Shown: one piece after another, positions 49,212 to 60,917 of the stretch | How positions within the stretch are numbered: the stretch's first letter is position 1 | Layout: each line of letters starts with the position of its first letter | Origin: Chiloscyllium plagiosum | Taxonomy: Eukaryota | Assembly (NCBI RefSeq): GCF_004010195.1 | Contig: NC_057711.1 | Span: forward strand, 75,387,764 to 75,451,763 | Length of the DNA: 64,000 nucleotides | Direction: 5' to 3' | Translations under genes and position numbers: made by a program | The notes under the pieces: generated by a model | The model's database searches: none | What the model was told of the DNA's origin: nothing | The model's input: the letters and a program-made list of their open reading frames with translations, nothing else

Positions 49212-50412
49212 TCTGTTGGATGTGGAAGGCAATACACAGAGTCATGCCTCACACAAACAGACCCTTCGGTCCAACCAGTCTATGCCGGACATAATCCCAA
49301 ACTAAACTGGTCCCACCTACCTGCTCCTGGCCCATATCCCTCCAAACATTTCCTATTCACGTACTTCGCCAAATGTCTTTTAAATGTTGCAACAGTGCCC
49401 ACAACCACCACTTCCTCAGGAAGTTCATTCCATATGCAAACTACCCTCTTTTTTTTGAAAAGGAAATGTCTCTCATGCCTTTTTAAAATGTCTCTCTCCT
49501 CTCGCCTTAATGTGTCTGCTATTCTTGAAATGCCCCCATTCTCAGGAAAAGGCTACTAGCATTAACTCTATTTAAACCTCTCATTTTATAAACTTCTGTC
49601 AGGTCGTCTCTCAACCTCCTATGCTCCACTCGGGGGAGAAGTTCCAGTATTTCTTCATAACTCAAACCTTGCATACCTGGCAACGTCCTGGTAAATCTCT
49701 TTGAAACCCTCTCCAGCTTGATGATATCCTCCCTATAACTGGGCAACCAGAACTGGACACAGTATTCCAGAAGAGGCATCACCAATGTCCTGTACAACAT
49801 CAACATGACTTCCCAACTCCTATACTCAAAGGACTTCATAATGAAGGCAAGCATGCCAAATGCCTTTTTAGCAACTCTGTCTATATGTGATGCAAACTTC
49901 AAAGAATAATGTACCAGCTCCCCAAGGTCCCTCTGTTCCACAACACTACCCAGGGCCTACCCTTGATTGTTGTACCCAAGTGCAATACCTTATATTTATC
50001 CATATTGATCTCCATCTGCCATTTTTCAACCTATTGACCCATTTGATCAAGATCCTTTGTAATCTTCGAAAACCTTCTTCACTGTCTACAATGCCACCAA
50101 CTTTGCTGTCGTCTGCAAACTTACTAACTATGTCTTCTGTATTTACATCCAAATCACTTATTTAAATGACAACCAAAAGACCAAGAACTGATCCCTGTGG
50201 AACACCACTGGTGACAGGCCTCCAATCCACTTAGTCTCCTGCTGTTAAGCCCATTATGTATTCAGTTGGCAAGTTCACCCTGAATCCCATGTGATCTAAC
50301 TTTATTAATTAGTCTACCATGTTGAACCTTGTCAAAGGTTTTACTAAAACCCAAACAACATCTACTGCTCTGCCATCAATCCTTTTGGTAACTTCCTCAA
50401 AACACTCAATTA
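49212..50412 (-). mobile_element. CR1 LINE, RT to 3' end
   Basis: Reads VSKFADDSKVGG, LYRTLVMPLLEYCVQFWLPSYREDIIKLERV and NLIECFEEVTKRIDGRAVDV. Confidence 0.93.
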
Positions 50413-50439
50413 AGTTATGCTGGTGTAGCAAGTGACATC

Positions 50440-50810
50440 CACATTCTTTTGAAGGAATTTTAAACATTTTTCCTTGGATACAGAGGTCAAAACTTGTGCC
50501 CAGTATTCCAGACATGATCTCATTACTGCTATACAAATGCAGCAAAACTTCCTTGTTGTTGGGCTACAGTTCCATGCAAGAAAAGCCAACATGATATTTG
50601 CCTACTTTCTTGTGAGGTGTATGTGCATGATAAATATCTACATACTTCATACAACCACACCAAGTTGTCTGAGTATTAACATCAAAAAGTTTCACGTCTT
50701 TTAAATAATCTGCTTTTTCTACTCTAAGTAAAAATCATTCACTTGTGCACATTATAGTGTATCTGCTACACTTTGTATGCAATCATTTAATCTGTTTACA
50801 TGTCCTCCTC
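50440..50810 (-). mobile_element. Older CR1 fragment
   Basis: Reads MLAFLAW..MRSCLEYWAQV, a decayed MLAFI.RG...VRPHLEYCAQFW. Confidence 0.65.
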
Positions 50811-50859
50811 CCAACTTGGACCTAGTTGATTGGAGTCATACCTGGAAATTAGTAATCTT

Positions 50860-51760
50860 AGAACAATGTTGTCTCTGCATGAGTTTCGTAACCATAAACA
50901 TCTTCAGCTGTTTCATCAATGACCTTCCCACCATCATAAGGTCAGAAGTGGGGATATTGACTGCGCAAAGTTCTGTTCCGTTCAGAACTCTGCAGATACT
51001 GAAGCAGTCCAAGTCCAAATTCTACAAGACCTGGACAATTTCCAGGTTTTGGTTTTAAAGAGTAGCAAGTAGTATTCACACCATTCAAGTGCCAGCAATG
51101 ACCATCTCTATCAAATTCTAACTATTGTCCCTGGAATATCATTTGAAATTCAATCACTGAATTCCCCACTATCAACACCCTGAGGGTCACCATTGAAGAA
51201 ATTACACTAGCTGTGTAAATACCACAACTTCAAGAGCAGGTCAGAAGCTAACGATTCTTACAGTGAGTAACTCCTTTCCTGACTCCTGAAAGGCTTTCCG
51301 CTATCTCCAAGGCACAAATCTCCAAGGATTGTGATGGAATTCTCCCATTTGACTGGATGAGTGCAACTCCAACACCTCTCAAAGTGTCACATCGTCCAGG
51401 ACCTAGCAGTCCTCTTGTTTGATACCACATCCATAAACCTTCACTCCCTCCACCAACAGTGCACAGTAACAAGATACACTCCAGAAATTCACCAAACCCA
51501 CAACACTACCACCTAGAAGGATAAGGACAAAAATACATGAAAAAATTCCCTTCCAAGCCACTCATCATCCTGGAATTGAAATAAGTCACCATTCCTTCAT
51601 TGTTGCTGATTCAAAATCCTAGAACACTCTCCATTGTGGGTTTTCCTGCACTAAATGAACTGCAGAGTTCAAGAAGTCAGCTCACCACCCCGTTCTCAAG
51701 GGCAATTAAGGATGAGCAATAAACACTGGCCCAGCCAGCCTTGCACACATCTCAAAAAAG
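50860..51760 (+). mobile_element. CR1/L2-type LINE, RT C-terminal part to 3' end (tail donor of the DeuSINEs)
   Basis: Reads IFSCFINDLPTIIRSEVGI. The 3' tail is CTCAAGGGCAATTAAGGATGAGCAATAAACACTGGCCCAGCCAGC. Confidence 0.82.
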
Positions 51761-53931
51761 TGTATAAGAAAATAGCTGCGTCCCTAGCATTTATGCTTGT
51801 GACACTTCAGTAGGTTTAACGGCCCACTTAAATCTATTCCTAGCCTCTGCCCATCAACCAAACCTCCATCGATGCCAATAGATTATAATTAATTGCCTGA
51901 GCCCTTATCTTAAATATTAGCATTTTGAGTGCAGCCTTTTAAAAAGCTTCCAGAATTTCAAATTCACTCCAGGAACCAAGAGTTGACAGTTTTGAAAGTT
52001 GAATTTGATTTTAAGGATTTTGGACCTGCTCAGTCTGCACTGCAGGTTCACAAACACAGTAGCAAGTTAGCCTAAGAAATTCATTCTACATTGACTATGC
52101 TGCTTGTCCACTAAATTCCCCCTCAGAAGCAAAAGAGACAAGGCACATGTGGTTGAAAGATCTGTACATATGAAGACTGCTGCAGAATCTTGGTTTAATT
52201 GGTGTTTCCCATTTCAGACTTTCTTAGGTACTAGATTATTAATCATTCACAGAGAATGGGAAGGGGATATGGATTTGATTCTTTGAAAATCTTGCAGTGG
52301 TTGGATGTCTCACTTCCCTAGAGGTCTAAAAATAAATCTCTTCTTCAAAAACCATTCAGACATAAAATCTGTTCCCACTGGCCTGCTTTGAAGTACTGAC
52401 TGAGTGTCTGAGCGTTGTAACTATACAAGGTTGCATAATACTTGAAAGGAGAAATGGCACATAGTGAGGTAACACAGAAAATAAAAGAAAATGCACTAAG
52501 AAAGCATTTCAAACAGATTTTGTGAACAGTCTGGGTGCAATGTATGTGACGTACACCAAAATTTGCAGAAATAAGAGTACAGCTGAACAGACTTATTTAT
52601 GTCGATATATAGCATCAAGCCTTCAACTGTAGTAAACAGACTTAAACCAGCAGGAGAACAAACCAAGTATCCACAACTTGCCTCCTAAATTAAACTTATT
52701 TAGTTCCTATAGTTGACCAAAATTGGTTCTCAACTTCTCCATAATAATGTTCTGTTCAACACTTCCTGTGCAGTACAACAGATGTATCCAGAAAAACAAT
52801 ATTGTTCAAATTTTGTTCAAAGTGCATTGGCTTCCTGCTTCACAAGTTGCTGGCTGAAATCAACAAAAAGAAATAAAAAGCATTTGATGTGTGAACAGCA
52901 TCCCATCTGTTTGGCAAAATGATAAAAGAAAGCCACTTACAGCCCCATCCATGCTCGCTCCTGCTTAAAATTCCCTGTGCATGCTGAAAAAGAACTATAG
53001 GAAAATGTAAATCAATCAGCAATTGCAACTTCAAAACACAATATGCTGTCGGGATGTTCTTTGCATTCTTGTTTGATTGTCACTTAATGTAAGTCTGTCA
53101 ATTATTGTTCTAATCTTTTGATTCCATTTCCTTCTGGGACAAATCCATGTGGACCCCTGTTAGTGAGACAATGCCAGCACAGGGCCCTGCAGCTCAGTTA
53201 GAACTGTGGTAACTAATTCCCTGAAATGGCATTTTGTTCCATCTTTGTTTCTCATTTAGATTTGGAATAGCCTTGCATTTTTTTCTGTTCTGGTTCATGA
53301 TAATTTCTTTTCTTTTTATTCAGCCTTCATTGAAACCCATTTTAATATATTTAACTCCTTCACCCTACTTCTAAACTCGATACACTATAGAGTGCTCTCT
53401 GCAGTTATTCTACTCTACATTCATATGGAACTTTTATTGCTGGAACTTAGTAAGCTTGCATCATAACAGAGCAGTATTCATTGATATTCTGGTATAACAA
53501 AAAGGTTCAGCCAGCTTTTGCAATACAAGTTTGGAGAACTGAGACAGATGCTGCTGTAATGTTGTCTAAACTAAACTGTCACCAATGTAAAACATTCTTA
53601 TGTGGACACGATTTTATAATACCAATGGTATTTTCTTTTTATATCGTACTCTCCCCTCTTCACCATGTTGCTGGCAGTTATGCCTTCAGCACTATGTTCA
53701 GAATCCCTCCCTGCAGCTCTCTCCTCTATTCCCCACTATCTGCTTGTAGTCCCTCTTTAAGATCCAGCTCTTAGATCCAATCCACTCATGCTTTCTCTGA
53801 AATATTGGAAAATGCATTCTGGATTCTATGGAACATGGGATTCACTTACAGGAATGACTTTTTAAAAAAACTTAATGTCTAGTGCAATAACCCAAAAATT
53901 TTAGTAGTGCAAACATAAGATTTTGGTGTGG

Positions 53932-53983
53932 GATTGATGTCATATCCTGATGTCTTCAGGATATGACACCAATCACTGAAGAC
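53932..53983. repeat. Near-perfect 19-bp hairpin with template-switch geometry
   Basis: GATTGATGTCATATCCTGA-TGTCT-TCAGGATATGACACCAATC pairs at 18/19. Downstream CTGAAGAC is the reverse complement of the loop-spanning GTCTTCAG. Confidence 0.85.
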
Positions 53984-54494
53984 TCCTTATAATACATTGT
54001 TCACAAATAAATAAACTTTCAGCATAGTGAATGGCTAAAAATGATGTGACCCATTTATAACTTCTGACATCTTTGAAGCTATCAAGAGACTGCATTGCAT
54101 GATGTTCTTAAAGTATCTTGAGCATAATGCACTCCTGTATTCTTGAAAATTATAAATCTGAGCATAAGTTCTAATTTCGATTCACATTTTGAGTAAAAAC
54201 ATTCTGCTCCTTGTGTAGTTTTTGTCACTAATTTGATCAGAGACATGGACCATGTGAATTATTTGACCTTCAAAAGCGCTTCTGAACTACCATAGAGCTT
54301 GATGGACCATATCCTGCATCTAGTATGTTTCATTTTTAGTGAGTATTAGTAAGTCTCCATTGGATGTCTCTTTTATATTATTCATCTGTACATGTAAGCC
54401 TGGAAAGGCTTATTACTAAGCTATCTTATCCATCTCTCTTGGTATATCACTGAGTCTGTAGTAACATTGAAATATTTCTGTAACATAAGATACA

Positions 54495-54932
54495 GGCAGC
54501 ACGGTGGCACAGTGGTTAGCACTGCTGCCTCACAGCGCCAGAGACCCGGGTTCAATTCCTGCCTCAGGTGACTCAGTGTGGAGTTTGCTCATTCTGCCCG
54601 TATCTGTGTGGGTTTCCTCCTTGGGGTGGCACAGTGGTTAGCACTGCTGCCTCACAGCGCCAGAGACTGGGTTCAATTCCCACCTCAGGCAACTGTCTGT
54701 GTGGAGTTTGCACATTCTCCCCGTATCTGCGTGGGTTTCCTCCGGGTGCTCCAGTTTCCTCCCAAAGTCCAAAGATGTGCAGGTTAGGTGAATTGGTAAT
54801 GCTAAATTGCCCGTAGTGTTAGGTGAAGGGGTAAATGTGGGGGAATGGGTCTGGGTGGGTTGCTCTTCGGATGGTTGGTGTGGACTTGTTGGGCTGAAGG
54901 GCCTGTTTCCACACTGTAAGTAATCTAATCTA
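54495..54932 (+). mobile_element. HE1-type SINE with a duplicated 5' head (two tRNA-like heads in tandem)
   Basis: Head 1 (54495-54620) and head 2 (from 54625) both read GGTGGCACAGTGGTTAGCACTGCTGCCTCACAGCGCCAGAGAC..GGTTCAATTCC..GGTTTCCTCC. There is a single 3' tail. Confidence 0.93.
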
Positions 54933-55549
54933 TGTTTATATATTTACCTCCATTTTCATAACTGAGCTGCTTTGAGATAATCTCCAGGAGTGTCTCTAGA
55001 AGGTAACCTGAGCATGCTTGAATAATCAATCCACAACTGTTTAAATGAGTTTGGCAATTGATGTCGTTCACAAATGTGTAATAGTTAAATCTACAGACTC
55101 TTTAATTATGAGAATTTTGAGTATAAGGAGGGAGGGTATGTGCACCTGAGAAAATGTCACTTTTTCCTTTGATCTAATTATCTGTAAAATATCACTGTCA
55201 AATTTCTTAGGGTTCGTACAGATTTAGCTTTGAATTACCAGTGGATATTCAGGAAATTCAAACCCTGCACTCAATATCTCCCAAATTAGAGTTTTTCAAT
55301 TGTATAATGGGCTAAATGTATAAAAGCTGCCAAAACAACAGAAAACTACAACAATTGATGGGAAGTGGGGGGAGTGGTGGGGAGGAATGAATAATTCAGA
55401 AAATACTGAACGTATTAGGGAGAAAGGGAACAAAGTGTATGGGAAGAAAGCAGAAGTCAGGTCGATGAGGTTTTGTCAAACAACCTAGTAGAACATATTT
55501 GGAAACAAAGAAGCTGGAATGTTGAGTTCTAATCTGAGCAATGTGCATA

Positions 55550-56364
55550 AGATGTGATTTATTAATATTTTAATATTATTTATTTTAGAACTTAACTTTG
55601 AATTATGGGCATAATGTTTTGAACTGGAGTTTATGATCAACTTGTAGTTATTTCTGTAACCATAGTGATGTGTTTTTACAAGTGAGTAATATAAACAGTT
55701 GTGCATTAAGCTTTCAGCTTCGAGTCAGATTACTTTTTTTCATTGTGGTAAACACAGCTTGGAAGGAAAAACATTGGGGTTTCATTTTTGTGGATGTTTT
55801 AGCTGAAAGTGGATGTATAAAACAGTTAGTCCTGATGAAAGGAAATGGTTTATAATTAAGAAATAAGTTACCTCAGGCGAAACTGTTTAGTTTCAAAGTT
55901 CCAGATCAGATTGCTTGGTTAAAACCCTGAAGGGTTATTTAGAGTTGAGTAAGTCTACACTTGCTGCATGAAGGCTCAAAAACTCCAGTCTGTAAGCTTC
56001 TCAGGAACAGAAATTGAAGCAGCTGTTAAGTCGACCCTGATGTGTGATAAAGCCGAGACCGTTCACACTCTCATATCTGGTTACTATAATCTCTGATGCT
56101 GTTGAGATTAAAGGTAAGAGATTTTACAAACGTTTTTTTACTTACATTGTTTTTACTTAAATTCTATTAATCTCCTTTTGCACAATAGTTTTGTTTATTC
56201 TATTTCCTTTTGCACAATGAACTCCTGTTTTATTGTTAAAATGAAATCTGCAGCAATGCATGCTTATGTTTTAGTAAAACCAAAAAAATACAAAATATGA
56301 TCTATCAAGCCAGATTTCAGTCTGGGATCTGACTTGTCCAGTAATATCTGCTGAGATCACAACA
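55550..56364 (+). mobile_element. Dispersed repeat, probably a solo LTR (left end uncertain); homologous to 28400-29024
   Basis: Shares blocks with the 28.4-29.0 kb copy and ends GAGATCACAACA. Confidence 0.55.
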
Positions 56365-57759
56365 GTAGTCATGCAAACATTAGTCAAGTAACTGAACGAT
56401 TAGTAAGATTATACAGTACATTAATTGAACCAATCCAGTATATTTTGATGTAATGTTGATTGAATGAATATTGTCGAAAACTGCAATTAAAAAAAATTGG
56501 CCCTAGACTGTGTGAATTTATTTGGAGAAATATAATTGTACGTAATGTACTGGTTGGCTTCCATAGTCATGTGAAAAATCCTGCTTTGGCTTGTTTTCAC
56601 ATTAGATTGTGCCTACCATTATCACATTTGCTTAAAACATGATGTCAAAAATATTTTAAACCTCAGTGAATTTTCAAAGCTCATTATTGCAAAAACACCA
56701 AGGAATAATTAAAATCTCCAATCTGCAACTTGTAAATGCTGGGTGAGTCAGGATGGCTGTGAACTTTGATTCCCTGTTGCTAAGGAAATTGAAGCTGTGA
56801 AGTAGAATTGAAATATTTCCACAATGTAGCAAAACTATGAAATAGCCACTGATGTAAATAAAAAGACCGAGCAATTAAGAATAATAACCTGATTATAAAT
56901 GCTAAAGAAATATTTTCTGCAACCTATATTGCTGCCTAGACCTGACTGAGTAGCAGATAATCCAGATAGAAGAAATATTCGAGATTTTACATACATACTT
57001 TGAACACATACTATTACTTAAGCAGTATGTGTTCAGCATCAGTGCTGTGGGAGAGACAAGCTATTTATCAGTGTGCAAGATAGCAATGATACATCTTGCT
57101 GAATCTTGAGAGTTTGGACAACTGTTTGTTTCATCAAAGGTAAAATTATTCTTTGGTGTAAAACATTTCATAGAGTATACCCCTGCTAACAGGAGAAGTG
57201 TACATTTTTAAAAGTTCTTGGCATGGACAGAAGCTTTGAGGTAGTAAATCATCTGCTTGACTGCATTAATGATATTTTTAAAAAGGCTTTGTATTATGCT
57301 GTGACACACTGCAGGCTAAATGAGTACAATACATGGGAAGACAAAAGGAAGAAAATTTGCAGAAGAAATTTGAAAAATATGAAGTCCAGAATACATTGTG
57401 TAAACATTACAGAACAACATGCAAAAAGAAAAGAAAGCCTGCCTAACATGGGAAAACTGAGCTATAATTCAAGAAGCACTGAATTATTTTGCAAAGTAAA
57501 CCTATAAATATGGCTGCTAGACTGATGTCAGCCAATAGTTCCGGTAAATCACTCTACACCATACAATAGGTCTAATGGTTTGTTACTGGTAGAATGTTGT
57601 CTGCGAAGGAGAGCATCAATTGAATCTGAAATGTTAAATTAATATTGGTGTTTCATGCAGCAACACAAGCTTTGCAGACTTGAGGCAAAGCAGCTCGAGA
57701 TGGTGAAACATGAAGCCCGAAAAGCTTCATTGGAGCAATGTGTTAACATATATATGATA

Positions 57760-58110
57760 GGGGAGATGACGGCCTAGCCATAATATCGCTAGGTTGTTAA
57801 TTCAGAGATCCAGGTAATACTCTCGGGGCTCAGATGCAAATTCCACGTTGGAATTTGGATTCAAATTAAAGAAATATCTGGAATTAAGAGTCTAATGATG
57901 ACAATGAATCCATTGTCAAGAAAAATCCATCTGGTTCACTAATGTCCTCTCAGGAAGGAAACCGCCATCCTTCACAAGTCTGGCCTACATGTGACTGCAG
58001 ACCCACAGCCATGCGGTCAATTCTTATCTGCCCACTGGGCAAATTTAAGGATAGACAACAAATACTGGCCTAACTCGTGACACCCTTATCCTGTGAATAA
58101 ATTTTTAAAA
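57760..58110 (+). mobile_element. SacSINE1-like DeuSINE, near full length
   Basis: tRNA-like head GGGGAGATGACGGCCTAG..; Deu-domain-like AAAAATCCATCTGGTTCACTAATGTCC..GGAAGGAAACCGCCATCCTT..TCTGGCCTACATGTGACTGCAGACCCACAGC; LINE-derived tail AATACTGGCC..TGAATAAA. Confidence 0.85.
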
Positions 58111-59867
58111 TTATGCTCATCAACAGGGATGAATGAAGCTGAGAGCTATGGGAATAATGAAGATCTGGCATTCCAGATAATAGATGTTAAACAAAATCCA
58201 CCTAACTTGTCTGAAGCAAATCTAAAGCTTGCAGAATCAACTATGCATCTTTCAGAAGAGAACTACAGCATTTCAAAGGCCACTAAGCCATTTTAACATG
58301 AATAAATCCCAAACAATCATTAACCTATCTTATTTCAGCTTTTGGAAGTCTCCCTGGTGAATTTTATCTTGAAGTAGATGAGAGAATAACTTAGCATCTG
58401 GCAAGGAGAGTTCCAGTTGCCCTCAGTTCCAAGCTGTAAGACAAGGTAGAGTTAGAAAAGAAGGAATCTATCAACAAAGCGCCAACTCCGACAGAATGGA
58501 TTAACAGCATGGTAGCAACAAAACAACTGAGTTTGTGTACATTCAAAGGATCTCCAAACATTGAAAAGGACTCGCTGCCCCATGTCAACCATTTGAAGAT
58601 ATTTTGCTACAGCTTGCCATGGAAAAGGCCTTTACTTCCCTCAATGTGAAGGATGGGTACTGGCAAGTGTAGTTGAGAGAAAGCAACAGTTTGTGAACTA
58701 TACTTTGGGCAATATTCAGAAGATGGAGATCCTTTGCATCAAAATTGGCAGAAATCTGTATGATGTGTCATTGCACAATATAGTTCTAATTTTAATAATT
58801 TGGCATTTGAGGTAAATAATATAGCATCAATCAAATCATAAGATCACAACACTAACAGCAGTCAAGTGAAAGAATTAATTTGCTGGTTTTCTGTAAATGC
58901 TTAGAATGCATCCTGTCACCAGTGCACTCAAATCTGGATGTATGCAATATGCTGTCTGATGACAGATCCAGATTCCACAATTCCCTAACTAGCCAGCTAT
59001 CCTAGTTAGCCCTGTCTCATCAATTTGTATGAAACCATTAACATTTTATATCCCTCCAAATAACAGCCAAACAGATGGATTTGATCTTCAGCTGCTAATT
59101 AAAAGAGAGTCATCATCATGATTTCCAAGAAATCCTCGCGGAGTCAGCTTTTCTAAACGTCTCCATCAAAATGTCGCTTCAGATCCATCACAGAAAGGGG
59201 GAGATGTTTTAAATCACAAACCCTCCCCCACAATATTTTTCTGAGGGAGTGCTGTGAGAATTCTTTTCATACATCTCCGTGACACTTCCAACAAAATTTA
59301 ACATGATCAACACCTTCCAGCCAGTAGGTGCTAGGAATACCAAAATTGTAGCAACTGCTGGAGGATAAACCATGAGGTGCAATTTTAGCAGAGAAACAGG
59401 CGTAGGTTCTTCAGCTTCTCAAGCCTCCTCATCTTCTCAGTCCGATCAAGACTAATGTGCACCTGAAATCTTAGTTTAACATCCCTTATTAATCTTATCT
59501 GACAAAAAAAATTGACTGATCAGTTTTGAGTTTTAACTGCCACTACAATTGGCAGTCTTTTTTTAAAAAAGTTAAAAAATTGTTGCATTAGTTTTAGCAA
59601 CTAATGCAACAATTATATAGCTGTGATTCTATTGAAGTTAGCTCTTGTAGATCACTTGTTAACCAGTATCCAATTTGGGACAGATATTTCTGGAGAAAGG
59701 CATTTGGTGGTGTGCCCCATTGGCAAGACTTTCATCTGCATCCTGCAACTCAATGTTTTGTGGCATAATTTACTGGGAGTGCAGCTGATCAAGATCAGTG
59801 GGACACTTGGTACTCTGTCAATGGCAGAACCAATGATCTATCTCCTTGACTCATGAAAATTTAAAGA
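58045..59867 (+). repeat. Left arm of a >=1.8-kb inverted duplication (partner 62183-64000)
   Basis: Reverse complement of 62183-64000. My hand count is ~38 substitutions and a few indels. The mirrored ORFs in the track (58093+/63749-, 58391-/63452+, 59623+/62194-) agree. Confidence 0.97.
58398..58735 (+). mobile_element. Ty3/Gypsy reverse-transcriptase relic (duplicated at ~63305-63640, minus strand)
   Basis: Reads RRVPVALSSKL*DKV.LEKKESINKAPTPTEWINSMV ... LKRTRCPMSTI/EDILLQLAMEKAFTSLNVKDGYWQV*L, matching the Gypsy RT N-terminal motifs (RRVP..L; PT.W.N.MV; LD...G.WQ). Confidence 0.8.
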
Positions 59868-59944
59868 GTTAGCACTGGTGGTATAGCCACTTTTTTATTC
59901 GTGTTTAGGTTTTCTTGGATTGGTGCTGTCATTCAGTATCACAA

Positions 59945-60470
59945 ATCATACTAAAACAGCAGCTAATGAACTTGAAAGACATTATACAGACAACAAGCAA
60001 AGCTAATGTCATTTGCAAAATACCTTGCAAGAACTGCAACAAACACTACATTGGGCAAACTAGCAGAAAACTAGCCACCAGGATACCTGAACATCAACTA
60101 GCAACAGAATGACATGACCCACTTTCACCAGTATCATTAAATACAAATAAAGAAGGACACCACTTCGACTGAGACAACACATCCATCCTAGGACAAGCCA
60201 AACAGGGACATGCATGAGAATTCATAGAAGTATGGCACTCTAACTTGAACTCTATCAATAAACACTGACTTGGATCCCATTTGCCATCTCCTGAGAAAAA
60301 GAACAGGAAATATTATCACCAACACAAGGAAACCAAAACACATAAATAAAAAAGTGGGCCGTACCACAGTGCTTCCCTGGAGGCTCACTAATGTTGTTAC
60401 CTAGTATGGTGATGAAACATTTGAAAACGAACCTTCCAGCTCAGTGAGAAAACTTACATTCAGAACTCAT
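59945..60470 (+). mobile_element. PLE of another family: GIY-YIG endonuclease remnant and pseudo-LTR with decayed hammerhead
   Basis: Reads NVICKIPCKNCNKHYIGQTSRKLATRIPEHQ..HHFD*DNTSILGQ..EFIEVWHS..SINKH. CTAATGTTGTTACCTAGTATGGTGATGAAACATTTG at ~60388-60423 is a decayed hammerhead. Confidence 0.88.
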
Positions 60471-60642
60471 CTCAATGACAAAATTCAGACCACAGAATGA
60501 AGTTACATAATACAGCTATCATGACTTGACAAGGACTAGACCTGGTCATGTTGGTCACCATGGCATTATCTGAATGCACAGAAATGTATATACATATATA
60601 TCCACACACATCCTTGTACATGTTACCTGAAAATTATTTGCT

Positions 60643-60885
60643 TTGATTTATTATTGTCAAAAGTATTGTTTTACCTGCTAACTAGACAAATCATACGTTA
60701 CATATGTACATTAGGGTAATAGAACAGAATGCTGAATAAAATGTTACAGCTACAGAGAAGGTGCAGAGAAAGATCAACTCTAATATACGAGAAGTCTGTT
60801 CATAATTCTGATAACAGCAGGGAAGAAACTGATCTTAAATCTGTTGGTAAGTTTTGAAACGTTTGTATGTTCTGTCTGATAGATG
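60643..60885 (-). mobile_element. Rex1/Babar-type LINE 3' end
   Basis: Minus strand reads KLTNRFKISFFPAVIRIMN (Rex1/Babar C-terminal T.RFKNSFFP..IRL.N), followed by a 3'UTR with AATAAATCAAA. Confidence 0.75.
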
Positions 60886-60917
60886 AGGGTTGGGAGGACC
60901 CAGTTCTTTAAATGGAA

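Noticed and set aside
58093..58296. Duplicated small ORFs (67, 65/87 and 77 aa) as a conserved gene pair
   Set aside because: They are similar only because of the recent inverted duplication. One starts in a SINE tail, one is antisense to a Gypsy RT relic and frameshifted between copies, and none has a recognisable domain.
58881..59137. 257-bp stretch identical between the two duplicated arms (selection or gene conversion?)
   Set aside because: With only ~38 substitutions over 1.8 kb, a longest identical run near 200 bp is expected by chance, so this is not convincing without outgroup data.
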